DNA from: Callorhinchus milii
Lineage: Eukaryota
DNA length: 64,000 nt
Direction: 5' to 3'
NCBI RefSeq assembly: GCF_018977255.1
Contig: NW_024704743.1
Span: 27,654,001-27,718,000 of the forward strand
Numbering within the stretch: position 1 is the stretch's first letter; every line of letters begins with the position of its first letter. Both the position numbers and the translations under genes were made by a program. Of this stretch, positions 38,116-51,810 are shown piece by piece. The notes beneath the pieces are model-generated. The model had not been told where the DNA came from. It saw only the letters and a list, made by a program, of their open reading frames with translations, and searched no databases.

Positions 38116-39828
38116 TGCCAATCTCTGGAGTAGAAACAACACATAACAAGACAGGACCAGAATGCTGTCACGAGTGTGTGAAATATCAGACAGAAAAATC
38201 AGCTCTCGCAATAGCATGAAATGCAAAACCCTTGTCATTCTTAGGAGGGGAATTAATAATTCAATATTTTTCAAAATGTAATGTCCAGAAGATTAACCAT
38301 AGTTGCACAACTAAAACTTTTTAAACTTCCAAGTGTTTCTACAATTTGCTAGGTTCAGTAAGATGAACAAGGTGGCATTTGAACACATAACTGAGATTAA
38401 AATTACAGTATTCCTATGATAAAAATAATAATAATCTTCACATTTGATTAGGTGCCTTTCACGTCAGAAAGACAGCTCAGGATTTTACTGTAAAATGTAC
38501 TGATTCTTTATGTTGTAGGCAAATATAGGTGTATTCTCCAGGAGGTAAATTGAGGGAAGCATAATCCAGGTAATTTGATGCTGAAGAGGACAAATGCCCC
38601 GAAAGCATATGGTATCTCGTCGCTGTTTCTATTATATCACCAGTTTTTACCAGGGCCAGTCTTCCAGGCAGTAAACTATATATATCAACACAGGGAGCCA
38701 CGTATACAATGACAACCGGGTATTAATCTAAAGAAAGGTGACAATAATGTCATAAATCACAATACCGTAGTTTGAACAGATTTTTACTGCCATCTGCATC
38801 TCAGGATTAGATTACAACCTTGAATTCACTTTAACCTATTTATAGAAAATATACATTGTTCTGAACATGCAACATTTCCCTCTAAGAGACAGATTGTGAT
38901 CATCAAGGTGAGCGATATTACTGCTGGCAAATGGAATACTTCCCAATTTAGGCACGATTCAACAAACACTGACCTGCTTCATGTCCGCTGCCTTACCCGC
39001 CCCATCATTAGTGGCGGGCGGTGTATCCTCTTTCTGTTCCATTCTCTGGAACTCCCTCCCTCCAACTCGTTTCCTCCCTCCCCTCTTTCAAGGCCTACCT
39101 CAAAACACATCTCTTCGTATTTTGGGATATTTTTCCCTTCTAAACCCCACTTAGCACACAATAATTACCTTTTCAATTGGCAACCATATAGGTTTAAGGA
39201 TTTCTCACTGCAGCTGCCTTGCCTAGAATCCTCCACGTCGTTCGTTTCTATCCACTAAGCCTCATGTTACTCTTAACTCTAAGAATCAGCCAAGGCCAAA
39301 TAAAGTTAAATTCATACCTTTAGAAAAGATGTGATAAACGTGTAGCTGTTGCTATCCTTGAAATAACTCTGGGTATATGTCTTTCTTATTCCTTTGCCGT
39401 AGAGTATTTTTTATAAAATGCTTCTATTCACCAGCATTGTCAGTGTTATTGAAACAGTAGTATTACATCAAGAAAATCCATGTATACAGAACAAACGGTT
39501 TGTTACAATGAACGCTGGGACAACATTGGCAAACGCCCCCACATCCATGGTGCAATAGTACAGTTTAAGAAAATCCTGATACAAAAGACTGATTTAGGAA
39601 TTAAATCATGTACAACAAGAACTGACTATGTAAAACGACGATATGAAGTAAGTTTCCCGTGGAGTGTGTGGGCTTTAAAGGTGCTCTATCAAATGGCAGC
39701 CGACTGTTGGCTGCATATTTGTGCCCCAGCATCTCCCAACCTCTCTGACCTGTTCATACCCCACTTTTCTCTCAAGCCTTTTCACTCACTTGGGATAAGC
39801 CTGCTGCATATCCCACAACCTTTGAAAC

Positions 39829-40145
39829 ATAATAATAATAATAATCCTTCCATTTGATATAGCACTTTTCACGTCGGGAGGACGTCCCAAAGGCTTTACA
39901 GAACACACTGTAATGTGAATTGACTGTATATTTGTGGGCGAACGCGGCAGCCAATTGCGCACAGCAATGTCCCACAAACAGTCGTAGATTGAAAATGACC
40001 AATTTATTATTGTTTTGGGTTTTTGGAGGGATTATTATTAGGCGTGTGGAGTAAGGAAACTTGCCAAAGGTTTCGTCCTGCCTGGAATTGAACTCAGGTC
40101 TCTCGCTTGCAAAGCGAGTGCTCTAACCACTGAGCTACAGGACTC
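39829..40145 (-). mobile_element. tRNA-derived SINE, family A, short form
   Basis: Near-identical reverse complement of 32423-32737. Confidence 0.95.
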
Positions 40146-42739
40146 CACAAACATGGATCAATGTTCACTTTCAGAATTTAATGGGCCAGAGTTTGAATGC
40201 TCCTCTTGGCTCATTCTCTCAGATACAAACTGTGTTGGCAGACAGAGTAGCCGGACTGGGGTTCATCACACAGGAAAAAATCATCCAACATAATGTCTGC
40301 AGGGAAATTTTTGGTGACTCAAGCTGCAACAGAATTGTACACACTTTGACTGTAGCTGTATCAGCCATGTGAGGCAGCTGTTACAGCAACTCTTAGGACA
40401 GGACTGCCCAATACCAAAGAAGCATTGCACTCAAAAGGTATGAAAGAGGCAACAGTTGTCACCCAATTCAGTCTCCAATAGATTACGCGAAACACTCAGC
40501 ATCTGCAAAATGACACTGTGGAAAGCCAGATAAACAAGAATGGTGCTTCTCAGATCAACTAGCTATCATTCATGACAGAACCTGCCTCACACATTTAAAG
40601 TCTCCTCTGCAAGAAAGATTGCACTGTGTAACCTTTACTGCAATAAGCTTGTCATTCTGTGTCCTGTGGTTTGACCATCATAGGATGCTACTAATCTTTC
40701 TATCATCCTCACATTCCAGAATTGCCTCGACACAATTGTATGCAATTAATTCCACTGCTTATACTTCCACAATAAAGTTCTAAGTATGACACAGACAAGA
40801 ATACAAATGTATTCAATCAGAAAGAGCACTTAGCTCACATTGGCCAGAACATGTAAATTTATCCTCTTAGTACTGAATCGAATGGATTGACCCACTGCTA
40901 GAGATGACTGCCTTACAAAACATGTCAAGGGTTAATGACGAGAGTTCCAAAGCAAGCAGCTTAGGTGACACCACTATCTTTCAACAAGCTCATAGATGAA
41001 GTCCAGCCCAGCTGAGGAAACACCTAAAAATGTACTTAACCAAAAAGAGTAGAGTTTGGATATAAGACCAACGTATAAATGTTTTATTTCCCATGCTGTT
41101 ACACATTTAAAAAATCCTTGTGCATCATATCAGTAGCTTTTACTTCAGAAGACTGTCCAAAAGTGCATCACATCATTACAGAGACTTGACACTCATTATA
41201 TAGTAGGCCATCTGGCTGATATCAAAATAAAGACATATAGAGAACAGCAGCCATACTACTCCATCTTTTACATGCCTCAATGCCACATTGCTCTTCAATT
41301 TGCTGGCACAATCTGCCACCGCCATCTCCTTGAGGCTAACCACATATTCACCACACCATGGGTAAAATAGTTAAATAGAAACTGTATGTTCACCTTCGTT
41401 TGTGAGCTGTTATCACTACAACAGAAAATTAAGTGATGGATACACAGCTCTGCCAAGTTGTTTTTTATTAGCCTGAGTTTATTCTGTATCATTAATGGTA
41501 ATGAGTTGAAGGGATGATAACTAATACCTGGTGGTAGTTATACTTTACTATATTTACATTAGCACCAAATTAAAATTCACAAAACCATTGTTAATAATTG
41601 TACCGCAGGCGATTGTCAGGGCAAAAATCCACCCAAATTGTTAGAGACGGCATTTACATTTTAGTCTCTGTTAAAAGGAGTTCCAACGCAAGTTAGAAAT
41701 GCCAGGCATACAGCACTATCCATGCATGTAATAGTCTCCATTAAAATTGGATTAAAATATGAATTTGAAATGATTTTAATGCACTGTCAGTGTATACCAA
41801 GTGTGATATGTTCAGCCATTAAATTTATGTCCCATGAGTGTGGAGCAATACACAACTGAGTCATCACTTTTGTCAGTTGTTAATCATTCTTCCCCCCTCA
41901 ACCCCCCCCCCCCATGACCCCTTCTTGTGGGATACATTCAATACCTCATCAGTGAGTTATGTTCTCTCTATTTATATTGTTTGACCTTTCAAATGATTTG
42001 TAAGAGCAGCTGTTGAAGTACAAGTCTCCATGATATGTCACCAAGACCAGAGATTTTCAAAGTGTGGAGACAAACTGGAAAATAAATGAAGATTAAGGGA
42101 AGGACATGAGCATTATGCAAGGTTTCTTTTTGACAATGAAAAACAGAGATGGGAGAAAAGCCTTCTCTTACTTACGATCTTATCATCTTACTAGTGAGTA
42201 GCGCTCCCCATCAGTAGAGACTATGAAGCCACCTCAATGCTTTATGTGGATTATATACAAAGAATAAACTCAGGCCAGAACTAAAAATCTAACATATGTT
42301 GCATTTTTTCAGAGAGCTTGATGTAAATAAAAGCCTCTTTCTGGTCTTAAGAGTCTTCAGCAGTTTTCATTTTCAGTTCTGGATTGTGCAATCTCTCCCT
42401 GCAAAGAGGCATGTGGGGTGGGAGTGTGGTCCTTAGAGATATTCTCCCACTGTGTAAAAAGAAATCAAAAGAAGTCAAGGCATAATGAATCCCTAAATGG
42501 CCATTGGGATACTGATGGAAAACATCCCAGCTAAAATTGTGCAGTTTACTAATATCAGACACTTGTACTTGCAACTCCCAAAAAATCCAGAATCATCTCC
42601 TATACCACCTACTGCCCTGGTACTCCCTCTGCTCCCTCAACTCTAAACCCTGTACAATGGAAAGGAGATAACACAAAGCCAAAATATCCTTTTCATACAA
42701 GTCATCTTGGAGATCAAGTGTGACCCCAAGGTCCACTAC

Positions 42740-43470
42740 AAACCATTTCCTCTGTTTCCCCCTTCAAACCCTCTCCACCTCATCTCCAATTCCAAATGCA
42801 AGGAGGGCTTGAACTTCCTTTTGAATAAAATAGATTAAATCCGCTGGGCTCCAACTCCCTCCTCCACCGAACCAGTGTGCAATTTAGGCATCCGGTTCAA
42901 TCCTCAACTGTCCTTCCTACCCCATATTTGGTCCTTAACAAAGACTCCTTACCTCCATCTCCGCAACATTGCCTCTGACCCTATCTCACACCAAATCCCC
43001 CAAAACCCACCTACATGCTTTTGTCACCTCCCAACTAGATTTATGAAATACTCCTCACTTGTCTTCCCATTTCCACCATCAAAATTCCACAGTCCATCAC
43101 CCCATTTCTTGCCAAGCTCCACTGTCTCCCTGTTTCCGCATAGATTGATTCAAGGTCCTCACCCTGACATACAGTTCCTTCCACACCCTGGTACCTCCCT
43201 AGCTCTCTGATCTCCTCATACCCACTCCTCTGCCCACTCCCTCTACTCTCAGCTAACATGGGGGTGCTACACATCCCCGTCCTCTCCCCAACACCATTGG
43301 TGGCCAAGTCTTCAGACATTATAGCCTCAATATGTGAAACGTTCTGCCTCTATCTTTCCATTTCATCCTCTCTCTGTTTATCTTTAAATCCCAGTTTAAA
43401 GCCTACCTCTTCGACTGCACCTTTGGCTCCCTCCTAGCTCTGCATCCAGTGAAGCGCTTCAAAATGTTTT
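42740..43470 (+). mobile_element. Degenerate L2 with internal deletions
   Basis: CNLGIRFNPQLSFLPHI...HLRNIA motif and L2 3' region. Confidence 0.75.
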
Positions 43471-44081
43471 CCTACAAGCTGGGTTTTCAAATCACTGAAT
43501 ATTTTTCAGTGAGTAGACTCAGCTCTGCTCTCCCACCACCACATATGTCACAATGGAAGCAATGCAAGCCCAGAAAGACCACATTTGCCTTAACAATATA
43601 TTTTGACATGACTAATAAAGTGAGTTAGTTTTTAAATATGTACTCTAAATAAGTTTTTTTTCATTGAACCAATTTTCCTTATAAAACTGTTTCACCTATT
43701 TTAGGTAATTACATTTTTTTTAACAATTACTTTCCAAATGTATAATTGCACCAATCTATGCTATATCACATACTGTATGCACATTGCAGTACTTTGCAAA
43801 ATGCATTACATATGAGGTTTTAAGGGTCATGATAGATTTCACGTCTAAGTAAATGTTAAAAATACATAATTAACAGAATGACAAACACATAATTCAAAGA
43901 GCCTTGGGCTAAAGCTTTATATTTTATATTATATGAAATTAGTACTCCAGAGACAGCTTCCAGAAGAAACTTCTTATCAAATATGGAACTAAATGGTAAG
44001 GAAATGTCTTCAAGATCTTATGCTGGGTGTTGCAATGGAGATGGAGTCTGATTCTACTCTCTATCCTAACTGGAACAAAGA

Positions 44082-44680
44082 AACCATAGGATAAGAGGGT
44101 CAAGAGGAAGCCATTCAGGCCATCAGGCCTGTTCCACCAGTTTATTAGATCTGAACAGATCTTTTAATCCCAATGCCCTGCCCTTTGTCCCATCTCTCAA
44201 TAAAACATTCCTGTTGATTCTGCCTCTATAGCTTTCTGGGACAAAGCATTCTCGATCTTCATCTGAATCTAGCCTCAATCTAACCTGTCAAATCATTTCA
44301 TACCTCCATCAAATCATCTCTCAATCTCCTTTGTTCGAAGGAATATGACCTCAGTCTACCAAACTTTTCGTCATAGCTGAACTCCTTAGCCTGAGTATTA
44401 ATCTACTGAACGGTTGCTCGATATTCCTAGGATTGGTTACGAAACCTAAGCACAAGATTCCAAATGAGGGCTGGCCAGTGCTCCACATAACTGAGAAACA
44501 CTTCCTTACTTTTATATTCCTGACCATTACTAATAAAGGCTAGCATCCCATTTGCCTTATTGCTTGCTTTCTGCACCTGCAAATTAGATTTTAATGATCT
44601 ATTAATTTGAATCCCTAGATCACTCTGCTCCTTCCCAGTGCTTCTCCATTTAAAACATACTTAAAACTACCATTCCTCTG
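44082..44680 (-). mobile_element. Degenerate CR1 3' fragment
   Basis: Colinear by eye with 32738-33520 (GCCATTCAGGCC, CTTCCTTACTTTTATATTCC, CCCTAGATCACTCTG). Confidence 0.75.
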
Positions 44681-45647
44681 TCCCTTGCAACTCAACAACC
44701 GCAAGGCAACTGGCAGTCTCAGCTTGGCATATGAGCTGGACTGGAAGCCGAGGCAGGTGGTGGGGAGGGGAAAGATGATCAAATGCTGTATCATAAAGGT
44801 CTTCAGGCAGACCTTGAAAGATAGCAGGATTCACTAATTGTGGCTCAAAATATCTAATAGTCTTAGCTTGTAAGACAGTTTATCTTAAAATTGAAGGCTC
44901 TTCAGAAGTGTGCAAAATTTTCAAGTTTAATTGGTTTAAAAGTGGTCTTTTTTAAGAACTGTGGAAAATTGGCCTCCAATTAGCCCCCTGTGACAACTCA
45001 GAGGCATTACCTTAGATGAATGTGTATTGTAAATACAAGATGTTGTTGTCATTTTAAATTTTCAAATAAAATTGACTTACACACTAAAACTAGATAGAAT
45101 TTCAAAGCTAGAATTGCTAATTGGGAGTTTGTTAGCTTAGAATTGCTAACTGACAATACCCTGCAGTACATCACAGCGATCTCACAGAAATCCCACAAAC
45201 CATGTCCTGAAATCAGTATGTACTGTCAGTTACCAGCAAAATTGCCCTTAAGCAGCTCTGAGCCACTATCAGTGAATTCCTTTGCAACCCTCTGCTCTTT
45301 TGACCCTAATGTATTTATTGGATAACAATGTGAATGATGTGTCTGACTAAATAATAAATACTGCCACAAAGAATTTCAGTCTCCTTGTTATTCAAAATTA
45401 ATTTTCCTGGAAGAAAAATGACACATTAAAGCATGCAGTTACGCATGGTTGATATTGCTGGAAGCAATGTTGCAGAGCTCTGTGAAGTCAATGTTGTTCA
45501 GTGTTAATGGAGCCACTCAATGGCTAGCTTGTTTATAATATTATAAACAGCCCTCTAAAAAATGTTGGGCCGTTTATTGGTGAGAAGTTATATTAGAAGT
45601 GCTAAGTACTTTGAGATGTCCTCTTGATATGAAAGGCACTATTATAA

Positions 45648-46116
45648 AGTCCTGCAGCTTAGTGGTTAGAGCACTCGTATTGCAAGCGAGAGGATGTGGG
45701 TTCGATTTCCGGGCAGGGCGAAACATTGAGCAAGTTTCCTTACCTCTGTTTACCTAGCAGTAAATAGAAACCCAGTTGCTAGTCAATTGGTGGATCGCTT
45801 TCTGGGAGTATTATTCCCTTGAAAAAGCAGAAATTAAAAAAATAATAATAATTTGGTCACTCAATCCACGACTGTCTCAAAGAGGTGATAAGGCACTATT
45901 CAAATGCAAAGATTATATTATTAGAAATGTAAAAAAAATTAAAAATAATAAAAATTTGGTCACTCAATCCATGACTGTTTGTGGGACATTCCTGCACACA
46001 ATTGGCTACTGAGTTTATCCCACAAAACATCCAGTGAATTCACTTTACACTATATTGTGAAGGGCTTGAGATGTCTCGAAGACATGATAAGGCACTAAAT
46101 CAAAATACAAGGATTG
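45648..46116 (+). mobile_element. SINE family A, long form, with duplicated 3' module
   Basis: Head with GGTTCGATTTCC, central CTCTGTTTACCTAGCAGTAAATAG; ATTTGGTCACTCAATCCA occurs twice. Confidence 0.88.
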
Positions 46117-47774
46117 ATGGGATGAAAGTCTCCTCTCCTTTCTAGCCGAAAGAATAATATATAAATGTATTTGATGAATCTGAACTCAATTCCTTCTTGT
46201 ACAGGTCCTTAGTTCAAAATCATTATCTCATCTGGCATTAAGTTGGCAACTTGACACAGTGAGTACAAGGAAAGCTTGTGTAGACAACGAAAAATGTTGT
46301 AGTAATCAGTTGTAATCAGTTCAATGACCAGTAACCTTATAGTTGGTACACCTCTCTTTAGATTGAATGACTGAGATTGAGATAGATTGAATGGGGTAGG
46401 GCATGCTAAAAAGATGAGATCAGATGGACTGAAAGTCTTCCCCATACAGAATGATCTTATGATCTCGCATACACATTTAACAATGGTTTGCCACACTTTA
46501 AGAAGAAATTGAGTCAGTTCCAGATATCCAAAAGGTTCAGAAAAGCTATAGTTACATAACATTCTCATCAAAGTTAGGGCAGTGTAAATAGTGTCCAATT
46601 TGCAATGATTTTTAATCAGTAAGATGTAATTGAATTTCTGCAACATGAAATATACTGAAGAATGCTATGTCTTCATTTGATGTTCAATTAATTTGATAAT
46701 TGCACATTTCTTATTTAGAAATCTGTTAAGAAACATTAGACCCCACTCAATACATCAAATAGGTAGCAGATGGCAGGTATGCAAACCATTTACATGATTC
46801 GCACATAATATAATGTAATTCTGTTCACCAAATGCACCCTTCTATCCACCACAGGCGATTTTCACGGATCAATCTTTAATTATGTTAAACCGCAGCACAA
46901 GCACCAAACTCTTTTAATCCCGTTCATTTGTTTTAAGAAGACATAACTCATTTTAACAAGCCATTGTGAGCAAAACAAATTAGGGTCATTATCTCGAGCA
47001 ATTGGTGAAGTTTCAAATTTGGCTAATTTGTTGTGATGGTTTCAGGTCATGTTTCAAATATTATTTTTTATTTTCAAAAATAATCACCATAAAAACAAAG
47101 AAATAAGGGGGTAATTTTTTTGACTGTCATGGTTAACAACATGGAGTCATTTCCAAGCAGCAAATGAGGTTTCAGCTATAGTTCCTTTGGGTCCTCTTGA
47201 CATTGTTTTTCATTTTCCTGCAAAGGTATTAAAGAGCGAGAATGCTTATCTGGCCATTTATTAATTGAACGAAAATTCCAAATACATTTGTGGCATGCCC
47301 AAGTGGAGATATAAGAAACACTTAAAGCAAGTCTAACAGGTATCAGCCTGCCTCAGCCAATAGCATTGCCGTGTGCAAATTGGCTGCTGTGTTTGGCCAC
47401 CAAATATATAGTCACTCCACTTTACACTACAGCTGAAAGGTGATATATCAAGTGTAATGATTATTATCATGTAAACCCAGCTGAAAGAATAGACCCTTGA
47501 AAAGAAGAATTGAAATTCTCTATGTTCAAGGGATAACACAGCTGCTCGTGATGTGTAAGGTGAAGGAGAGTTCACAGGGAGATTGACCAGATGCAGCTAG
47601 CTAATGAGCTGTCTTTCCCTTTGAGAATGTTATTCTTTCCTATTCCTCAGAACTAATGAAGGGACAAACATGTGTTTTTCTCCTTCCGTGTAAAAAGGGC
47701 TTAGATTAATTAGGAGAATTGGTGATGTGTCCCTGGGTTCTGTTATAAATTTTGGTGAAGACGTGTTATCCTTG

Positions 47775-48168
47775 GAGTCCTGTAGGTTAGAGCATTGGCC
47801 TCGCAAGCGAGAGGACTTAGGTTTGATTCCTGGGGAGAGTGAAAAGTTGGGCAAGTTTCCTTAATCCACACGCCTCTGTTTACTTAGCAGTAAGTAGGAA
47901 TCCAGTTGTTAGTTGATTGGGGGATCACTTTTCCAGGGGTAAATAATCCCTTCAAAAAAAATTTATTAACTAATTTTGAAAAATAATAATTTGGTCAATC
48001 AAGCCATGACTGCTTGTGGAACATTGCTGTGCACAATTGGCTGCCACGTTTCACCCACAAAATATACAATCAGTTCACTTTATAGTATATTCTGTGAAGC
48101 GCTTTGACATGTTTCAAAGATGCGATAAGCTACTATATCAAATGAAAAGATCATCATTATCATTATCC
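47775..48168 (+). mobile_element. SINE family A, long form
   Basis: Partly deleted head, central GCCTCTGTTTACTTAGCAGTAAGTAGGAATCC, shared 3' module. Confidence 0.88.
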
Positions 48169-51100
48169 TTACCTTATTTAGAATGTGCTAATGAGGGCAG
48201 AAGCTATTAACGCAAAATGGTTCCTTTCATTTCATAAACGTTGGTGGCCAACAGTCTATCCCAAGAAAATAAGATGAGATTCTGTGTTGATAAAGAAAGG
48301 GATTTACAACCTCCGGTGCAAAAGTAGGATAATGAACTTCAGGAGCTATCAGAACATGAAACCAAACCCCCAAAATCCTTCAGGGTTAGGACATTGGTGA
48401 CATATGTACATACTCTGTATATGGAACAGTTCCAAAATACTTTATCATGTTATCGTAATATCGAATTGTTGCTATTATACTTGACTGTACTTCAATTGAG
48501 ATTTTGTTATATACGTTTGTTTACATTTATTCTTAGCAAAGAACTAAATGATTGAAACTATTACTGGTGTAGTTTGATGTCTCGCAAGTAACCCCTATAC
48601 CATGAAATTAACTCTTCTCACAGTGCCCATAGTCCTATCACCGATATTACTGTCACATGATATTAGACTTGGGATCACTGTTTTAATATTTAAGATCATG
48701 CAGAATTTTTGAAAACAGTCTTAAATTCAATCTTAATTTGGATGCCCTTTCCAAAGGTTCCTTGAAAGGCCTGTTTTCAAATATTCTTGTAGTTATAAGA
48801 CTAAACCATTAGAAGTGTCAAGTCTCTGATGTTCACACCTTTCAGCTAAAGGAACCTCTTGTGCCACATACTCACATAGGAGAACTTTGACTTGTTCTAC
48901 CATTGATCCCTGAGCAATGGAAGAGCTGTGTCTTCCCAATTTAGCAAATGTTTCCGTGTCAGTGATTCACTGACATCTATAGGCACAGATGGTTTTGTAT
49001 GTAGTGCTGGTAACAAGGGACATGTCGCATATGTCACACGGACTCACAGGAACCATGATCTGAAAGTAGATTAGGAAAAAGTCAGAGTGATTTAGTTCCA
49101 GATTTCATAATGAAGTAATCCCATTTAAAAATCACAGCATTTTAGATCTCATTAACATTATTTACACTATAATTCCGATCAGTTACACTACATGTACAAA
49201 ATTAGTTGCTATCAACGTCCATTATTGTAGCACGCGACTACCAGGATGTTAGAAGGTGGAATAGATGGATATTGGTCTTTTTCTTCTAGCAATTCTTATG
49301 CTATGTTCCTATGTTCCTGAAGTGTGATGGACAATAGGATGGAAGGTTCATCTGCTTTGTTATTTCCAGTAGGTCTTCTTCCAAGAGCATTGTTCTGCTT
49401 AATATTAATATTTTTTATTAATATTCTTATTAATATTAACATTAAAACTCCTATGCACCCTAGCTGCACCGAAAGTGAAAACAGAAATAGTGAAACAGTG
49501 CTTCACAGTGGTAATGAATCAGTGTTCTGAGATGCTGTGTGAAGAACACTATGTATATGCAAGTTGTTGTTGTAGTAACAAAATACAATCTGCTGACATT
49601 AAGCCACCTTGTCATGTCAACTTGATATATGAAATTCAAGCTGTTATTTTACAGACTGGAAGCACAACTATTTTAGAATTGGGCAGAAAGGAAGGGCAGG
49701 TAAATATCCACTGATTTTGTAGTCCTACCATTTTCCTATGGACACACGTTCCCCATAAAGTATAGGAATCCCCTGAGCTTTTCTTTATATACAAATACTT
49801 GTCTTTCAGTAAATGCAGTCCTGCTTTATATCCATTCCCTTATTACAGCTATAGCCAATAATGACAATCCAATACGTGGGATCACAACAGAGGCATAGAT
49901 TTGCCCGAGCTCAAATGCCTGCAAACAGTTTTCATTGTTGAAGGTAATTAAGATCAAAATAGTGAATAAAATTGAGGGTCCTTAAAAGGCAACTATAACA
50001 ATATTTATAATTGTGGATTTACTGTATGTACAATGAAGAATTATCATATCAGTGAGCAACTACTCATGAGTGACATGCACAATATGTTATGAGTGATTCA
50101 ACAAAGTTTTCCTTGTGAATGGAAAAAGCTCTTGCTTCATAATGCTCCATTAAGTATTCAGCTTGGGTCACGCGTGTGTGATTGAATGTTGTGAAATAAA
50201 ATAATTTACATTTCAATCATTTTACATTCACCTGTTAATGAATACTATTACAAGCATATGGAGCAATTGTCTCCATTTTATTAACCAGTTTAAACCCTGC
50301 ATCAAGTACATTCTCTTTCATATGAAGTTGTCAATGTCAAATTAATTGTGAGCTCACAACACAAAGAGGATCACAGTGCCTGCAGAATCTAGTTCTAATT
50401 TCTTTTAAATTCTTAGCTTATATAGCAAGTTTATGTTGTTGCATTGACACTACCATATCCTTTATGTCTGGTCAGTGAAAATAGCAGTAAAAATCTTAAT
50501 TTGTGTAAGAATGTCCACATCCATTCTGTCCAATAAGCCAATGGGAATGTCATGAATTGTGCAACTGTTCATAAGTTACTGTTGATGTGTTGATAGACCT
50601 GATTGTTTGAGTTGGCTCACCTCCATCAGTGAATATAATAATAAAAGCAGAGGCTTACTTTGGAAAGTACTTTACTTTGGAAAGTAAGCCTTGTGATGTC
50701 CTCCTGACGTGAAAGGCACTTTTACAAATGTAATTTGTTGTTGCTGTTGAAAATATCTCTCAGACACCATTTCCTCATGAGCAACATGATTTGTCACTTA
50801 CTCTATCAAAACAGATTAGATCTCCAGATGCCAAACTCATCATGAATGTCAGCCACCATTGTGCAGTCTCGCCTCTGAATCAGAAGATTATGGATTCAAG
50901 CCACATATCGGGACTTGCAATCACATAGTCTAAAGTGACACTCTTCGAGGTGAAAAGACTTCGGGAAAGTCAACATTAGCAAATTGATTGTGTTCAATAT
51001 TGTTACTCTTTCAATAATTCTGTCTTGTTTTAACTAAGAGGTTACATCGATTGCTGGTAATCAAGATGCCATATTGTTGCTTTAAGTGAAGTTATGGTCA

Positions 51101-51430
51101 GGACTTCATTCTGTGCTGAAAGTTAGCTGGGAGTACTTAATACTGACAACGGGTTGTAAATTTTGAAACTTGTAAAAGCATAAGTTATTATTAACAATAA
51201 TAATCATTGCTTTTAATATAAAGCCTTAGCACATTGTCGACATGTCTCAAAGCACTTTGTAGAATATATTGTAAAGTGACGTGACATTGTGTATTTTGTG
51301 GGCAAGCATGACAGCCGATATGACCACAGCAATTCCCCCAAAACAGCTGCGGAGTGAATGATCAATTTTATTTGGGAGATTGGTGTCCAGAACATTGGGA
51401 GAAACTCCCTTCTCCACATTGTCTCAAGAT

Positions 51431-51810
51431 AACAACAACAACAACAACTTGCATTTGTATAGCGCAATCATGCAGGGTAGTATCCCAGAGCACTTGACAG
51501 TGGAAGAGCTCAACTCCGAGCCAAGAGGGGGAGGTGACCGTAGGCATAGTCGAATAGAAGACCTTCAAGTGCAACCTGAAAATGGGGAAGGAAGGGGCAG
51601 GTTTGGGGAATAAAGGAAAAGTATTCCAGACTTTCGGGGGGTAGTGGCTGAAAGCGCAGTCACCAATGGTGAAACGGAGAGCACGGGGGACATGCGGAAG
51701 GCCGGACCCAGTCAAACAGAGGCAGCGGTTTGTGGGTTGAGGGATAAGCAGGTCAGAAAGGTAGGACATGAAGGGATGAAGGGATTTGAGAACGAATGTG
51801 AGGAAATCAA
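51431..51810 (-). mobile_element. L2 3' fragment (second subfamily)
   Basis: (CAA)n tail; reverse complement similar to 19480-19830. Confidence 0.88.

Noticed and set aside
40230..40560. Possible L1/Tx1 C-terminal remnant (HFDCSC, ICKMTLWKAR)
   Set aside because: Needs several frameshifts; too degenerate to support without a search
46209..46646. 145-aa minus-strand ORF
   Set aside because: No recognisable domain; composition typical of random AT-rich DNA
48957..48975. 9-bp-arm palindrome TGTCAGTGA-T-TCACTGACA
   Set aside because: Short and without supporting context; plausible by chance in 64 kb
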